A stretch of DNA of 64,000 nt, taken from Callorhinchus milii. Lineage: Eukaryota. How positions within the stretch are numbered: position 1 is the stretch's first letter; the number at the start of each line of letters is the position of its first letter. The notes beneath the pieces were generated by a model. That model worked only from the letters and a program-made list of their open reading frames with translations. It had not been told where the DNA came from and made no database searches. The position numbers and the translations under genes were made by a program. Below, piece by piece: positions 63,150 to 64,000 of the stretch. The stretch covers positions 131,690,001 through 131,754,000 of the forward strand of contig NW_024704742.1 in the NCBI RefSeq assembly GCF_018977255.1. Direction: 5' to 3'.

Positions 63150-63810
63150 ATAGCTCCCCTCTCGTCTATGCATCATAAGGATGTGGGTTCAAGCCCCACT
63201 TTGGGACTTTGAACTCACAGTGTCAGCTCACTTTCCAGTACAGTGCTGGGATGCACTGCATTGTTGGAGATGCCGTCCTTCAGATGAAACATTAAGCCAA
63301 GGTCCTGTCTGTCTGTTAAGCAAGACGTTAAAGATCCCATGACACTATTCGAAACGAGGAGTCAAATCGTGGAGACCTGTAGCTCAGTGGTTTGAGCACT
63401 TGCCTTGCAAGCGAGACACCTGGGTTCAATTTCAGGCAGGACGAAACCTTTGGCAAGTTTCCTTACTCCACACGCCTAATAATGATCCCTCCAAAACAAA
63501 ACAATAATAAATTGGTCATTTTCAATCCGCGACTGGATTGCTGTGTGCAATTGGCTGCCATGTTTCGCTCACAAATATACGGTCAATTCACTTTACAGCA
63601 TGTTCTGTGAAGCGCTTTGAGACATCTGGAAGACGTGAAAAGCGCTACATCAAATACATCAAATGCATCAAATATAAGGAGAAGAAGGTTTCTCCCAGAG
63701 TCCTGGTCAACAATTCCCTGGATAAAATTGGTCATTCAAATAATGGCCGTTTGTGGGACATTACTGTGTGCAGCTAAACATTACAGTAAAACCTTGTGAA
63801 ACTTTTGGAT
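63150..63810 (+). mobile_element. Deu-domain SINE hosting a short Ala-SINE (63369-63675)
   Basis: Host breaks after GACACTATTCGAAACGAGGAG and resumes GAAGAAGGTTTCTCCCAGAGTCCTGG. Confidence 0.85.
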
Positions 63811-64000
63811 CAATCCTCCCATCACGAAAAGTCTCAAAATGTTTTACAGGATTACTGTAGAGTGTAGTGAGTGTATATTTTGTAGGCAAACACAGCAATG
63901 AATTTGCTCACAGTAATGTCCCACAAACAGCCAGGAAGTGAATGGTCAATTTTAGCTGGGGGTTTGTTGGCCAGGACACTGTAAGAGTCTCTCTTCTCTT

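Noticed and set aside
1..64000. CRISPR array, operon or prokaryotic defence system
   Set aside because: The recurrent sequences are dispersed, diverged SINE/LINE copies in both orientations rather than regularly spaced identical repeats, and there is no gene-dense coding structure.

Overview
Eukaryotic, repeat-dense, apparently intronic or intergenic DNA. The repeat content suggests a cartilaginous fish (inference only). I recognise no host protein-coding gene, rRNA, true tRNA, CRISPR array or prokaryotic system; nearly all ORF-track entries are LINE fragments, SINE read-through or chance frames. The window is dominated by (i) a tRNA-Ala-headed SINE with long and short subfamilies, (ii) an older Deu-domain (SacSINE1-like) SINE sharing the same 3' half, and (iii) L2, CR1 and RTE LINE fragments whose L2 tail matches the SINE tail. 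Manual translation also finds a decayed hAT transposase (50220-51060, -), a probable decayed DIRS/Ngaro RT-RNaseH (60675-62480, +) and a possible hAT C-terminal remnant (2520-2810). The most notable observations are a ~30-nt stretch of the Deu-SINE core hit by six nested insertions from three retroelement types, a ~680-bp direct duplication 12 kb apart, an unclassified 4-copy repeat, a candidate RFX/NRF1 promoter with first exon near 29 kb, and a Pbx-Hox/Meis motif cluster near 36.3 kb. Family names come from recalled consensus sequences, not searches. Repeat boundaries are approximate (about +/-20 nt), and not every short SINE tail is listed.
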